Assembly: GCA_046563655.1 (NCBI GenBank)
Contig: CM102287.1
Span: forward strand, 1,178,001-1,242,000
Direction: 5' to 3'
DNA: 64,000 nucleotides
Source of the DNA: Yuukianura sp. NJ FZ-2021
Lineage: Eukaryota
Part shown: one piece after another, positions 48,301 to 61,481 of the stretch
Numbering within the stretch: position 1 is the stretch's first letter
Layout of the letters: each line of letters opens with the position of its first letter
Position numbers and translations under genes: made by a program
The notes under the pieces: generated by a model
Told to the model about the DNA's origin: nothing
Database searches by the model: none
The model's input: only the letters and a program-made list of their open reading frames with translations

Positions 48301-51300
48301 AGCAAGTGAAAGTGGGTTCCTGTAGCCCTTTTTATGAGGATTTCAAAAATATAATTTACTTTCTGTTCATTCTCACATTTGCATGTTCATTCTCACAAAT
48401 TTAAGTCGTTTTGCGTCAAAATGGTGCTCGGCATTCCCTTGGGTGCCGTATACCAACCCCAGATAAAATTCGAGGCGGAGCGATTTATACCGACTTTTAA
48501 GTCCGCCCTATCCAGATTTAATGGCGATCTATCCACACCAATGAAACTTGGGGTCCTGCAGTACGTTTCATAAGGATTTCAGAAAACTAACTCATTTTCA
48601 CCCGGCATCGTTCCGCGCGGAGGTTTTTCGAATGTTTTGTTTTGAAACAAATTTTCATAAATAAAAGTAACGAGATGAGGGACGATACAGCAAGTGAAAG
48701 TGGGTTCCTGTAGCACTTTTTATGAGGATTTCAAAAATGTTGTTGCCTTTTACCCAGCATCGTTCCGGAATGCATTTCTTTTGAATTCTCTGCTTTGAAA
48801 CATGAATTTTCATAAATAAAGGTAACAAGATGAGGGACGACACAGCAAGTGAAAGTGGGTTCCTGTAGCACTTTTTATGAGGATTTCAAAAATGTAGTTG
48901 ACTTTTACCCAGCATCGTTCCGGAATGCATTTCTTTTGAATTCTCTGTTTTGAAACATGAATTTTCATAAATAAAGGTAACAAGATGAGGGACGACACAG
49001 CAAGTGAAAGTGGGTTCCTGTAGCCCTTTTTATGAGGATGTCAAAAATATAATTTACTTTCTGTTCATTCTCACATTTGCATGTTCATTCTCACAAATTT
49101 AAGTCGTTTTGCGTCAAAATGGTGCTCGGCATTCCCTTGGGTGCCGTATACCAACCCCAGATAAAATTCGAGGCGGAGCGATTTATCCCGACTTTTAAGT
49201 CCGCCTTATCCAGATTTAATTGCGATCTATCCACACCAATGAAACTTGGGGTTCTGCAGTACGTTTCATAAGGATTTCAGAAAACTAACTCATTTTCACC
49301 CGGCATCGTTCCGCGCGGAGGTTTTTCGAATGTTTTGTTTTGAAACAAATTTTCGTAAATAAAAGCAACGAGATGAGGGACGACACAGCAAGTGAAAGTG
49401 GGTTCCTGTAGCACTTTTTATGAGGATTTCAAAAATGTAGTTGCCTTTTACCCAGCATCGTTCCGGAATGCATTTCTTTTGAATTCTCTGTTTTGAAACA
49501 TGAATTTTCATAAATAAAGGTAACAAGATGAGGGACGACACAGCAAGTGAAAGTGGGTTCCTGTAGCCCTTTTTATGAGGATTTCAAAAATATAATTTAC
49601 TTTCTGTTCATTCTCACATTTGCATGTTCATTCTCACAAATTTAAGTCGTTTTGCGTCAAAATGGTGCTCGGCATTCCCCTGGGTGCCGTATTCCAACCC
49701 CAGATAAAATTCGAGGCGGAGCGATTTATCCCGACTTTTAAGTCCGCCCTATCCAGATTTAATGGCGATCTATCCACACCAATGAAACTTGGGGTCCTGC
49801 AGTACGTTTCATAAGGATTTCAGAAAACTAACTCATTTTCACCCGGCATCGTTCCGCGCGGAGGTTTTTCGAATGTTTTGTTTTGAAACAAATTTTCATA
49901 AATAAAAGTAACGAGATGAGGGACGATACAGCAAGTGAAAGTGGGTTCCTGTAGCACTTTTTATGAGGATTTCAAAAATGTTGTTGCCTTTTACCCAGCA
50001 TCGTTCCGGAATGCATTTCTTTTGAGTTCTTTGTTTTGAAACATGAATTTTCATAAATAAAGGTAACAAGATAAGGGACAACACAGCAAGTGAAAGTGGG
50101 CTCCTGTAGCACTTTTTGTGGGGATTTCAAAGATGTAGTTGACTTTTACCCAGCATCGTTCCGGAATGCATGTCTTTTGAATTCTTTGTTTTGAAACATG
50201 AATTTTCATAAATAAAGGTAACAAGATGAGGGACGACACAGCAAGTGAAAGTGGGTTCCTGTAGCCCTTTTTATGAGGATTTCAAAAATATAATTTACTT
50301 TCTGTTCATTCTCACATTTGCATGTTCATTCTCACAAATTTAAGTCGTTTTGAGTCAAAATGGTGCTCGGCATTCCCCTGGGTGCCGTATTCTAACCCCA
50401 GATAAAATTCGAGGCGGAGCGATTTATACCGACTTTTAAGTCCGCCCTATCCAGATTTAATGGCGATCTATCCACACCAATGAAACTTGGGGTCCTGCAG
50501 TACGTTTCATAAGGATTTCAGAAAACTAACTCATTTTCACCCGGCATCGTTCCGCGCGGAGGTTTTTCGAATGTTTTGTTTTGAAACAAATTTTCATAAA
50601 TAAAAGTAACGAGATGAGGGACGATACAGCAAGTGAAAGTGGGTTCCTGTAGCACTTTTTATGAGGATTTCAAAAATGTTGTTGCCTTTTACCCAGCATC
50701 GTTCCGGAATGCATTTCTTTTGAATTCTCTGCTTTGAAACATGAATTTTCATAAATAAAGGTAACAAGATGTGGGACGACACAGCAAGTGAAAGTGGGTT
50801 CCTGTAGCACTTTTTATGAGGATTTCAAAAATGTAGTTGACTTTTCCCCAGCATCGTTCCGGAATGCATTTCTTTTGAATTCTCTGTTTTGAAACATGAA
50901 TTTTCATAAATAAAGGTAACAAGATGAGGGACGACACAGCAAGTGAAAGTGGGTTCCTGTAACCCTTTTTATGAGGATTTCAAAAATATAATTTACTTTC
51001 TGTTCATTCTCACATTTGCATGTTCATTCTCACAAATTTAAGTCGTTTTGAGTCAAAATGGTGCTCGGCATTCCCCTGGGTGCCGTATTCCCACCCCAGA
51101 TAAAATTCGAGGCGGAGCGATTTATACCGACTTTTAAGTCCGCCCTATCCAGATTTAATGGCGATCTATCCACACCAATGAAACTTGGGGTCCTGCAGTA
51201 CGTTTCATAAGGATTTCAGAAAACTAACTCATTTTCACCCGGCATCGTTCCGCGCGGAGGTTTTTCGAATGTTTTGTTTTGAAACAAATTTTCATAAATA

Positions 51301-54300
51301 AAAGTAACGAGATGAGGGACGACACAGCAAGTGAAAGTGGGTTCCTGTAGCACTTTTAATGAGGATTTCAAAAATGTTGTTGCCTTTTACCCAGCATCGT
51401 TCCGGAATGCATTTCTTTTGAATTCTCTGCTTTGAAACATGAATTTTCATAAATAAAGGTAACAAGATGTGGGACGACACAGCAAGTGAAAAAGGGCTCC
51501 TGTAGCACTTTTTATGAGGATTTCAAAAATGTAGTTGACTTTTACCCAGCATCGTTCCGGAATGCATTTCTTTTGAATTCTTTGTTTTGAAACATGAATT
51601 TTTATAAATAAAGGTAACTAGATGAGGGACGATACAGCAAGTGAAAGTGGGTTCCTGTAGCACTTTTTATGAGGATTTCAAAAATGTTGTTGCCTTTTAC
51701 CCAGCATCGTTCCGGAATGCATTTCTTTTGAATTCTCTGTTTTGAAACATGAATTTTCATAAATAAAGGTAACAAGATGAGGGACGACACAGCAAGTGAA
51801 AGTGGGTTCCTGTAGCCCTTTTTATGAGGATTTCAAAAATATAATTTACTTTCTGTTCATTCTCACATTTGCATGTTCATTCTCACAAATTTAAGTCGTT
51901 TTGCGTAAAAATGGTGCTCGGCATTCCCCTGGGTGCCGTATTCCAACCCCAGACAAAATTCGAGGCGGAGCGATTTATCCCGACTTTTAAGTCCGCCCTA
52001 TCCAGATTTAATGGCGATCTATCCACACCAATGAAACTTGGGGTCCTGCAGTACGTTTCATAAGGATTTCAGAAAACTAACTCATTTTCACCCGGCATCG
52101 TTCCGCGCGGAGGTTTTTCGAATGTTTTGTTTTGAAACAAATTTTCATAAATAAAAGTAACGAGATGAGGGACGACACAGCAAGTGAAAGTGGGTTCCTG
52201 TAGCACTTTTAATGAGGATTTCAAAAATGTTGTTGCCTTTTACCCAGCATCGTTCCGGAATGCATTTCTTTTGAATTCTCTGCTTTGAAACATGAATTTT
52301 CATAAATAAAGGTAACAAGATGTGGGACGACACAGCAAGTGAAAGTGGGTTCCTGTAGCACTTTTTATGAGGATTTCAAAAATGTAGTTGACTTTTACCC
52401 AGCATCGTTCCGGAATGCATTTCTTTTGAATTCTCTGTTTTGAAGCATGAATTTTTATAAATAAAGGTAACAAGATGAGGGACGATACAGCAAGTGAAAG
52501 TGGGTTCCTGTAGCACTTTTTATGAGGATTTCAAAAATGTTGTTGCCTTTTACCCAGCATCGTTCCGGAATGCATTTCTTTTGAATTCTCTGCTTTGAAA
52601 CATGAATTTTCATAAATAAAGGTAACAAGATGTGGGACGACACAGCAAGTGAAAGTGGGTTCCTGTAGCACTTTTTATGAGGATTTCAAAAATGTAGTTG
52701 ACTTTTACCCAGCATCGTTCCGGAATGCATTTCTTTTGAATTCTCTGTTTTGAAACATGAATTTTCATAAATAAAGGTAACAAGATGAGGGACGATACAG
52801 CAAGTGAAAGTGGGTTCCTGTAGCACTTTTTATGAGGATTTCAAAAATGTTGTTGCCTTTTACCCAGCATCGTTCCGGAATGCATTTCTTTTTAATTCTC
52901 TGCTTTGAAACATGAATTTTCATAAATAAAGGTAACAAGATGAGGGACGACACAGCAAGTGAAAGTGGGTTCCTGTAGCACTTTTTATGAGGATTTCAAA
53001 AATATAATTTACTTTCTGTTCATTCTCACATTTGCATGTTCATTCTCACAAATTTAAGTCGTTTTGCGTCAAAATGGTGCTCGGCATTCCCCTGGGTGCC
53101 GTATTCCAACCCCAGATAAAATTCGAGGCGGAGCGATTTATCCCGACTTTTAAGTCCGCCCTATCCAGATTTAATGGCGATCTATCCACACCAATGAAAC
53201 TTGGGGTCCTGCAGTACGTTTCATAAGGATTTCAGAAAACTAACTCATTTTCACCCGGCATCGTTCCGCGCGGAGGTTTTTCGAATGTTTTGTTTTGAAA
53301 CAAATTTTCATAAATAAAAGTAACGAGATGAGGGACGACACAGCAAGTGAAAGTGGGTTCCTGTAGCACTTTTAATGAGGATTTCAAAAATGTTGTTGCC
53401 TTTTACCCAGCATCGTTCCGGAATGCATTTCTTTTGAATTCTCTGTTTTGAAACATGAATTTTCATAAATAAAGGTAACAAGATGAGGGACGATACAGCA
53501 AGTGAAAGTGGGTTCCTGTAGCACTTTTTATGAGGATTTCAAAAATGTTGTTGCCTTTTACCCAGCATCGTTCCGGAATGCATTTCTTTTGAATTCTCTG
53601 TTTTGAAACATGAATTTTCATAAATAAAGGTAACAAGATGAGGGACGATACAGCAAGTGAAAGTGGGTTCCTGTAGCACTTTTTATGAGGATTTCAAAAA
53701 TGTTGTTGCCTTTTACCCAGCATCGTTCCGGAATGCATTTCTTTTGAATTCTCTGTTTTGAAACATGAATTTTCATAAATAAAGGTAACAAGATGAGGGA
53801 CGACACAGCAAGTGAAAGTGGGTTCCTGTAGCCCTTTTTATGAGGATTTCAAAAATATAATTTACTTTCTGTTCATTCTCACATTTGCATGTTCATTCTC
53901 ACAAATTTAAGTCGTTTTGCGTCAAAATGGTGCTCGGCATTCCCCTGGGTGCCGTATTCCAACCCCAGACAAAATTCGAGGCGGAGCGATTTATCCCGAC
54001 TTTTAAGTCCGCCCTATCCAGATTTAATGGCGATCTATCCACACCAATGAAACTTGGGGTCCTGCAGTACGTTTCATAAGGATTTCAGAAAACTAACTCA
54101 TTTTCACCCGGCATCGTTCCGCGCGGAGGTTTTTCGAATGTTCTGTTTTGAAACAAATTTTCATAAATAAAAGTAACGAGATGAGGGACGATACAGCAAG
54201 TGAAAGTGGGTTCCTGTAGCACTTTTAATGAGGATTTCAAAAATGTTGTTGCCTTTTACCCAGCATCGTTCCGGAATGCATTTCTTTTGAATTCTCTGCT

Positions 54301-57300
54301 TTGAAACATGAATTTTCATAAATAAAGGTAACAAGATGAGGGACGACACAGCAAGTGAAAGTGGGTTCCTGTAGCACTTTTTATGAGGATTTCAAAAATG
54401 TAGTTGACTTTTACCCAGCATCGTTCCGGAATGCATTTCTTTTGAATTCTCTGTTTTGAAACATGAATTTTCATAAATAAAGGTAACAAGATGAGGGACG
54501 ACACAGCAAGTGAAAGTGGGTTCCTGTAGCACTTTTTATGAGGATTTCAAAAATGTTGTTGCCTTTTACCCAGCATCGTTCCGGAATGCATTTCTTTTGA
54601 ATTCTCTGTTTTGAAACATGAATTTTCATAAATAAAGGTAACAAGATGAGGGACGACACAGCAAGTGAAAGTGGGTTCCTGTAGCCCTTTTTATGAGGAT
54701 TTCAAAAATATAATTTACTTTCTGTTCATTCTCACATTTGCATGTTCATTCTCACAAATTTAAGTCGTTTTGCGTCAAAATGGTGCTCGGCATTCCCCTG
54801 GGTGCCGTATTCCAACCCCAGACAAAATTCGAGGCGGAGCGATTTATCCCGACTTTTAAGTCCGCCCTATCCAGATTTAATGGCGATCTATCCACACCAA
54901 TGAAACTTGGGGTCCTGCAGTACGTTTCATAAGGATTTCAGAAAACTAACTCATTTTCACCCGGCATCGTTCCGCGCGGAGGTTTTTCGAATGTTTTGTT
55001 TTGAAACAAATTTTCATAAATAAAAGTAACGAGATGAGGGACGACACAGCAAGTGAAAGTGGGTTCCTGTAGCACTTTTAATGAGGATTTCAAAAATGTT
55101 GTTGCCTTTTACCCAGCATCGTTCCGGAATGCATTTCTTTTGAATTCTCTGTTTTGAAACATGAATTTTCATAAATAAAGGTAACAAGATGAGGGACGAT
55201 ACAGCAAGTGAAAGTGGGTTCCTGTAGCACTTTTTATGAGGATTTCAAAAATGTTGTTGCCTTTTACCCAGCATCGTTCCGGAATGCATTTCTTTTGAAT
55301 TCTCTGTTTTGAAACATGAATTTTCATAAATAAAGGTAACAAGATGAGGGACGATACAGCAAGTGAAAGTGGGTTCCTGTAGCACTTTTTATGAGGATTT
55401 CAAAAATGTTGTTGCCTTTTACCCAGCATCGTTCCGGAATGCATTTCTTTTGAATTCTCTGTTTTGAAACATGAATTTTCATAAATAAAGGTAACAAGAT
55501 GAGGGACGACACAGCAAGTGAAAGTGGGTTCCTGTAGCCCTTTTTATGAGGATTTCAAAAATATAATTTACTTTCTGTTCATTCTCACATTTGCATGTTC
55601 ATTCTCACAAATTTAAGTCGTTTTGCGTCAAAATGGTGCTCGGCATTCCCCTGGGTGCCGTATTCCAACCCCAGATAAAATTCGAGGCGGAGCGATTTAT
55701 CCCGACTTTTAAGTCCGCCCTATCCAGATTTAATGGCGATCTATCCACACCAATGAAACTTGGGGTCCTGCAGTACGTTTCATAAGGATTTCAGAAAACT
55801 AACTCATTTTCACCCGGCATCGTTCCGCGCGGAGGTTTTTCGAATGTTCTGTTTTGAAACAAATTTTCATAAATAAAAGTAACGAGATGAGGGACGATAC
55901 AGCAAGTGAAAGTGGGTTCCTGTAGCACTTTTAATGAGGATTTCAAAAATGTTGTTGCCTTTTACCCAGCATCGTTCCGGAATGCATTTCTTTTTAATTC
56001 TCTGCTTTGAAACATGAATTTTCATAAATAAAGGTAACAAGATGAGGGACGACACAGCAAGTGAAAGTGGGTTCCTGTAGCACTTTTTATGAGGATTTCA
56101 AAAATATAATTTACTTTCTGTTCATTCTCACATTTGCATGTTCATTCTCACAAATTTAAGTCGTTTTGCGTCAAAATGGTGCTCGGCATTCCCCTGGGTG
56201 CCGTATTCCAACCCCAGACAAAATTCGAGGCGGAGCGATTTATCCCGACTTTTAAGTCCGCCCTATCCAGATTTAATGGCGATCTATCCACACCAATGAA
56301 ACTTGGGGTCCTGCAGTACGTTTCATAAGGATTTCAGAAAACTAACTCATTTTCACCCGGCATCGTTCCGCGCGGAGGTTTTTCGAATGTTCTGTTTTGA
56401 AACAAATTTTCATAAATAAAAGTAACGAGATGAGGGACGATACAGCAAGTGAAAGTGGGTTCCTGTAGCACTTTTAATGAGGATTTCAAAAATGTTGTTG
56501 CCTTTTACCCAGCATCGTTCCGGAATGCATTTCTTTTGAATTCTCTGCTTTGAAACATGAATTTTCATAAATAAAGGTAACAAGATGAGGGACGACACAG
56601 CAAGTGAAAGTGGGTTCCTGTAGCACTTTTTATGAGGATTTCAAAAATGTAGTTGACTTTTACCCAGCATCGTTCCGGAATGCATTTCTTTTGAATTCTC
56701 TGTTTTGAAACATGAATTTTCATAAATAAAGGTAACAAGATGAGGGACGACACAGCAAGTGAAAGTGGGTTCCTGTAGCCCTTTTTATGAGGATTTCAAA
56801 AATATAATTTACTTTCTGTTCATTCTCACATTTGCATGTTCATTCTCACAAATTTAAGTCGTTTTGCGTCAAAATGGTGCTCGGCATTCCCTTGGGTGCC
56901 GTATACCAACCCCAGATAAAATTCGAGGCGGAGCGATTTATCCCGCCTTTTAAGTCCGCCTTATCCAGATTTAATTGCGATCTATCCACACCAATGAAAC
57001 TTGGGGTTCTGCAGTACGTTTCATAAGGATTTCAGAAAACTAACTCATTTTCACCCGGCATCGTTCCGCGCGGAGGTTTTTCGAATGTTTTGTTTTGAAA
57101 CAAATTTTCGTAAATAAAAGCAACGAGATGAGGGACGACACAGCAAGTGAAAGTGGGTTCCTGTAGCACTTTTTATGAGGATTTCAAAAATGTAGTTGCC
57201 TTTTACCCAGCATCGTTCCGGAATGCATTTCTTTTGAATTCTCTGTTTTGAAACATGAATTTTCATAAATAAAGGTAACAAGATGAGGGACGACACAGCA

Positions 57301-59660
57301 AGTGAAAGTGGGTTCCTGTAGCCCTTTTTATGAGGATTTCAAAAATATAATTTACTTTCTGTTCATTCTCACATTTGCATGTTCATTCTCACAAATTTAA
57401 GTCGTTTTGCGTCAAAATGGTGCTCGGCATTCCCCTGGGTGCCGTATTCCAACCCCAGATAAAATTCGAGGCGGAGCGATTTATCCCGACTTTTAAGTCC
57501 GCCCTATCCAGATTTAATGGCGATCTATCCACACCAATGAAACTTGGGGTCCTGCAGTACGTTTCATAAGGATTTCAGAAAACTAACTCATTTTCACCCG
57601 GCATCGTTCCGCGCGGAGGTTTTTCGAATGTTTTGTTTTGAAACAAATTTTCATAAATAAAAGTAACGAGATGAGGGACGATACAGCAAGTGAAATTGGG
57701 TTCCTGTAGCACTTTTTATGAGGATTTCAAAAATGTTGTTGCCTTTTACCCAGCATCGTTCCGGAATGCATTTCTTTTGAATTCTCTGCTTTGAAACATG
57801 AATTTTCATAAATAAAGGTAACAAGATGAAGGACGACACAGCAAGTGAAAGTGGGTTCCTGTAGCCCTTTTTATGAGGATTTCAAAAATATAATTTACTT
57901 TCTGTTCATTCTCACATTTGCATGTTCATTCTCACAAATTTAAGTCGTTTTGCGTCAAAATGGTGCTCGGCATTCTCCTGGGTGCCGTATTCCAACCCCA
58001 GATAAAATTCGAGGCGGAGCGATTTATCCCGACTTTTAAGTCCGCCCTATCCAGATTTAATGGCGATCTATCCACACCAATGAAACTTGGGGTCCTGCAG
58101 TACGTTTCATAAGGATTTCAGAAAACTAACTCATTTTCACCCGGCATCGTTCCGCGCGGAGGTTTTTCGAATGTTTTGTTTTGAAACAAATTTTCATAAA
58201 TAAAAGTAACGAGATGAGGGACGATACAGCAAGTGAAATTGGGTTCCTGTAGCACTTTTTATGAGGATTTCAAAAATGTTGTTGCCTTTTACCCAGCATC
58301 GTTCCGGAATGCATTTCTTTTGAATTCTCTGCTTTGAAACATGAATTTTCATAAATAAAGGTAACAAGATGAGGGACGACACAGCAAGTGAAAGTGGGTT
58401 CCTGTAGCACTTTTTATGAGGATTTCAAAAATGTAGTTGACTTTTACCCAGCATCGTTCCGGAATGCATTTCTTTTGAATTCTCTGTTTTGAAACATGAA
58501 TTTTCATAAATAAAGGTAACAAGATGAAGGACGACACAGCAAGTGAAAGTGGGTTCCTGTAGCACTTTTTATGAGGATTTCAAAAATGTAGTTGACTTTT
58601 ACCCAGCATCGTTCCGGAATGCATTTCTTTTGAATTCTCTGTTTTGAAACATGAATTTTCATAAATAAAGGTAACAAGATGAGGGACGACACAGCAAGTG
58701 AAAGTGGGTTCCTGTAGCCCTTTTTATGAGGATTTCAAAAATATAATTTACTTTCTGTTCATTCTCACATTTGCATGTTCATTCTCACAAATTTAAGTCG
58801 TTTTGCGTCAAAATGGTGCTCGGCATTCTCCTGGGTGCCGTATTCCAACCCCAGATAAAATTCGAGGCGGAGCGATTTATCCCGACTTTTAAGTCCGCCC
58901 TATCCAGATTTAATGGCGATCTATCCACACCAATGAAACTTGGGGTTCTGCAGTACGTTTCATAAGGATTTCAGAAAACTAACATTTTCACCCGGCATCG
59001 TTCCGCGCGGAGGTTTTTCGAATGTTTTGTTTTGAAACAAATTTTCATAAATAAAAGTAACGAGATGAGGGACGACACAGCAAGTGAAAGTGGGTTCCTG
59101 TAGCCCTTTTTATGAGGATTTCAAAAATGTAATTTACTTTCTGTTCATTCTAACATTTGCATGTTCATTCTCACAAATTTAAGTCGTTTTGCGTCAAAAT
59201 GGTGCTCGGCATTCCCCTGGGTGCCGTATTCCAACCCCAGATAAAATTCGAGGCGGAGCGATTTATCCCGACTTTTAAGTCCGCCCTATCCAGATTTAAT
59301 GGCGATCTATCCACACCAATGAAACTTGGGGTTCTGCAGTACGTTTCATAAGGATTTCAGAAAACTAACTCATTGTCACCCGGCATCGTTCCGCGCGGAG
59401 GTTTTTCGAATGTTTTGTTTTGAAACAAATTTTCATAAATAAAAGCAACGAGATGAGGGACGACACAGCAAGTGAAAGTGGGTTCCTGTAGCACTTTTTA
59501 TGAGGATTTCAAAAATGTAGTTGCCTTTTACCCAGCATCGTTCCGGAATGCATTTCTTTTGAATTCTCTGCTTTGAAACATGAATTTTCATAAATAAAGG
59601 TAACAAGATGAGGGACGACACAGCAAGTGAAAGTGGGTTCCTTTAGCCCTTTTTATGAGG

Positions 59661-60148
59661 TGAGGGAAAGCTCGGAGGTGAACTCCCCAACGGGCCGACT
59701 CGCGGTCACCCGAGAACGTCTGACGACGGAAATAAAGGGGCAGAGGTCACGGGAGCTACAAGAATTGGATTAGTAATTTATTGAACAAACAAAAGATACA
59801 GTTACGGCCAATTCGTAGTAGTCGAAGAGACGAGCGGTCCTGGTCGGATCAACCAAGTATCCCTGGTTTGTCCAGGAAGTCCAGTGGAGGTGAATTGAGG
59901 TCAAATCCGGGTCAATAGAGGCAGTAGCGGGTCCAGACACGAAGAAAGAAGATGGCTGCTACTGGGAACTGGAGTGACGAGGTCTTCTCCTTGTGAGATG
60001 TTGTGGACGACTGTGTGGAGGAGGACGAGAAGATGGAGGAAGATGAAGATGATGATGCAACTGCCAGAAGAAGCGGAGGAGTACAGGAGCGGAGGAGTAC
60101 GAGGGAACCACGAAGGCTAGAGAGGGGTTTTGGGGATACCTCCCCACA
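59661..60148 (-). repeat. Probable 3' LTR of the Gypsy element
   Basis: Inverted termini TGAGGG...CCCCACA, minus-strand AATAAA at 59777-59782, and a short purine tract GGGAATA before the LTR start. The partner LTR is outside the window, so the inner boundary is inferred. Confidence 0.6.
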
Positions 60149-60213
60149 TATTCCCAGCGATCAATGAGCCGCCACGGCGATAAACCGAGGGACTCCGGAG
60201 CGATTCGGGGAAG

Positions 60214-61434
60214 CTATTGAGATGGTGGAGGGGGATCCTTGGGATGATGTTTCTTCGGTGGAGGTGGACAAGTGGCAGAGTTCTCTGCCCACCAACGAGC
60301 TCTACGCTGCTGACGATTTGGGGCCGGGGGTAAACGTCCTTGTCCAGGAGCTGGTGGAAAACGTCCTTGTGCAGGAGCTGGGGGAACTGGAGCAGCGTGT
60401 GAGGGTTCCTGGGGGGTATTCCACGTAACGGTGACTGACGTTGCGCTGGCTGGAACGTAGGCGTGAATGGGGATCAGTCCAGGGGGAACATTCGGTGACT
60501 GGAACGTGGAGCTGGAAGCTGCTGCTGAGATAGGGATGGTGAAAGAACCGGAACTGGCTTGGGGAACTGATGATGAGGCTTGGGGAACTGATGATGAGGC
60601 TTGGGGAACTGCTTGAGCTTGCGAAACTGATGGAGCTGAGGAAGTAGAAGAACCAGAGGCAGAATTTTGGCGGGAATTTGAAGAATGTGGCCGAATGGAA
60701 GATGATGGAGCCGAATTTTGAGCCAATGGGGGACGAGTAGAGTATGGAGCTGGACGATTTGGGCGAGTGAGAATCCGAATTGGTGCAGCCGATCGTGATG
60801 AAGTGCTCGGTCCAGGATTTTGGGGGTTTTGAGGGTTCAAAGTGACTTTTGCCATGTCACGAGCCAAGACGGAGGGGGAACTGGATCTGGAATGACCAGC
60901 TACAGGGGGTTTTGGGGGTCCATCCGGGAACTTCAAATCCATAAGCGGGACGACCTTGGCTGCAGCAGACTTCTGGACTTGCGGATTGGATTTCGGCGCA
61001 GGAGCAGAGGGACGACGAAATATAGGCGAATTTTGGGAAGATGGGGGAATCACGACGACCGAAGCAAGCTTCGGACGAGGGACTGGGGGAATAACCATCT
61101 CCTGGAGGCTTTTCTGCGGGGAACGTGGGTGGAAGCTGCTAGAGCTTTGGGGGGACTGAAGATCCGGCTTCTTCGGGGATTTCGGCGGGGATTGAGGAGC
61201 GAGCGGCATGTCCCAATCATCCGGAATCGGATCCACACGACGAGGGGTAATCGGCGCAGCGATGACAGTCGTAGGGGGCGAAGATGACGAAGAAGATGAA
61301 GAGCCAGGCGAATCAGTGTCACGGGGAGGCGGGGAATTCAGCAGTTCGTCTTCTGCAGCCAAATCAATTTCCGCAATTCCCTCCGAAGCATCATCCTCTC
61401 CTTGTTCCATCAAATCCTCCGGTGGTTGGTCCAT
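60214..61434 (-). CDS. Extra Pro/Ser-rich ORF between pol and the 3' LTR
   Basis: Open frame of about 406 aa from the ATG at 61434, directly after a pyrimidine-rich TTTTCAG acceptor. It is low-complexity with a basic C-terminal patch. Confidence 0.65.
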   Translation of the reverse strand: MDQPPEDLMEQGEDDASEGIAEIDLAAEDELLNSPPPRDTDSPGSSSSSSSSPPTTVIAAPITPRRVDPIPDDWDMPLAPQSPPKSPKKPDLQSPQSSSSFHPRSPQKSLQEMVIPPVPRPKLASVVVIPPSSQNSPIFRRPSAPAPKSNPQVQKSAAAKVVPLMDLKFPDGPPKPPVAGHSRSSSPSVLARDMAKVTLNPQNPQNPGPSTSSRSAAPIRILTRPNRPAPYSTRPPLAQNSAPSSSIRPHSSNSRQNSASGSSTSSAPSVSQAQAVPQASSSVPQASSSVPQASSGSFTIPISAAASSSTFQSPNVPPGLIPIHAYVPASATSVTVTWNTPQEPSHAAPVPPAPAQGRFPPAPGQGRLPPAPNRQQRRARWWAENSATCPPPPKKHHPKDPPPPSQ

Positions 61435-61481
61435 CCTGAAAATCATAAAAAACACAGTATGAGTATTTAAAAAACACTCAG

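Larger units (their letters stand above)
36377..59660 (+). repeat. Satellite DNA array, right block (same family), interrupted by a TRIM
   Basis: Same 388-bp and 155-bp units as the left block, generally with more 155-bp monomers per unit. Confidence 0.98.

Noticed and set aside
1608..59621. Repeated 61-64 aa ORFs (MHVHSHKF..., MSSLILLP...) as a tandem gene family
   Set aside because: They start at TTG/GTG codons, have no recognisable domain, and simply follow the satellite periodicity.
1426..59660. CRISPR-like array
   Set aside because: There are no unique spacers and no cas genes. The units are long and wholly repeated, and the context is eukaryotic.
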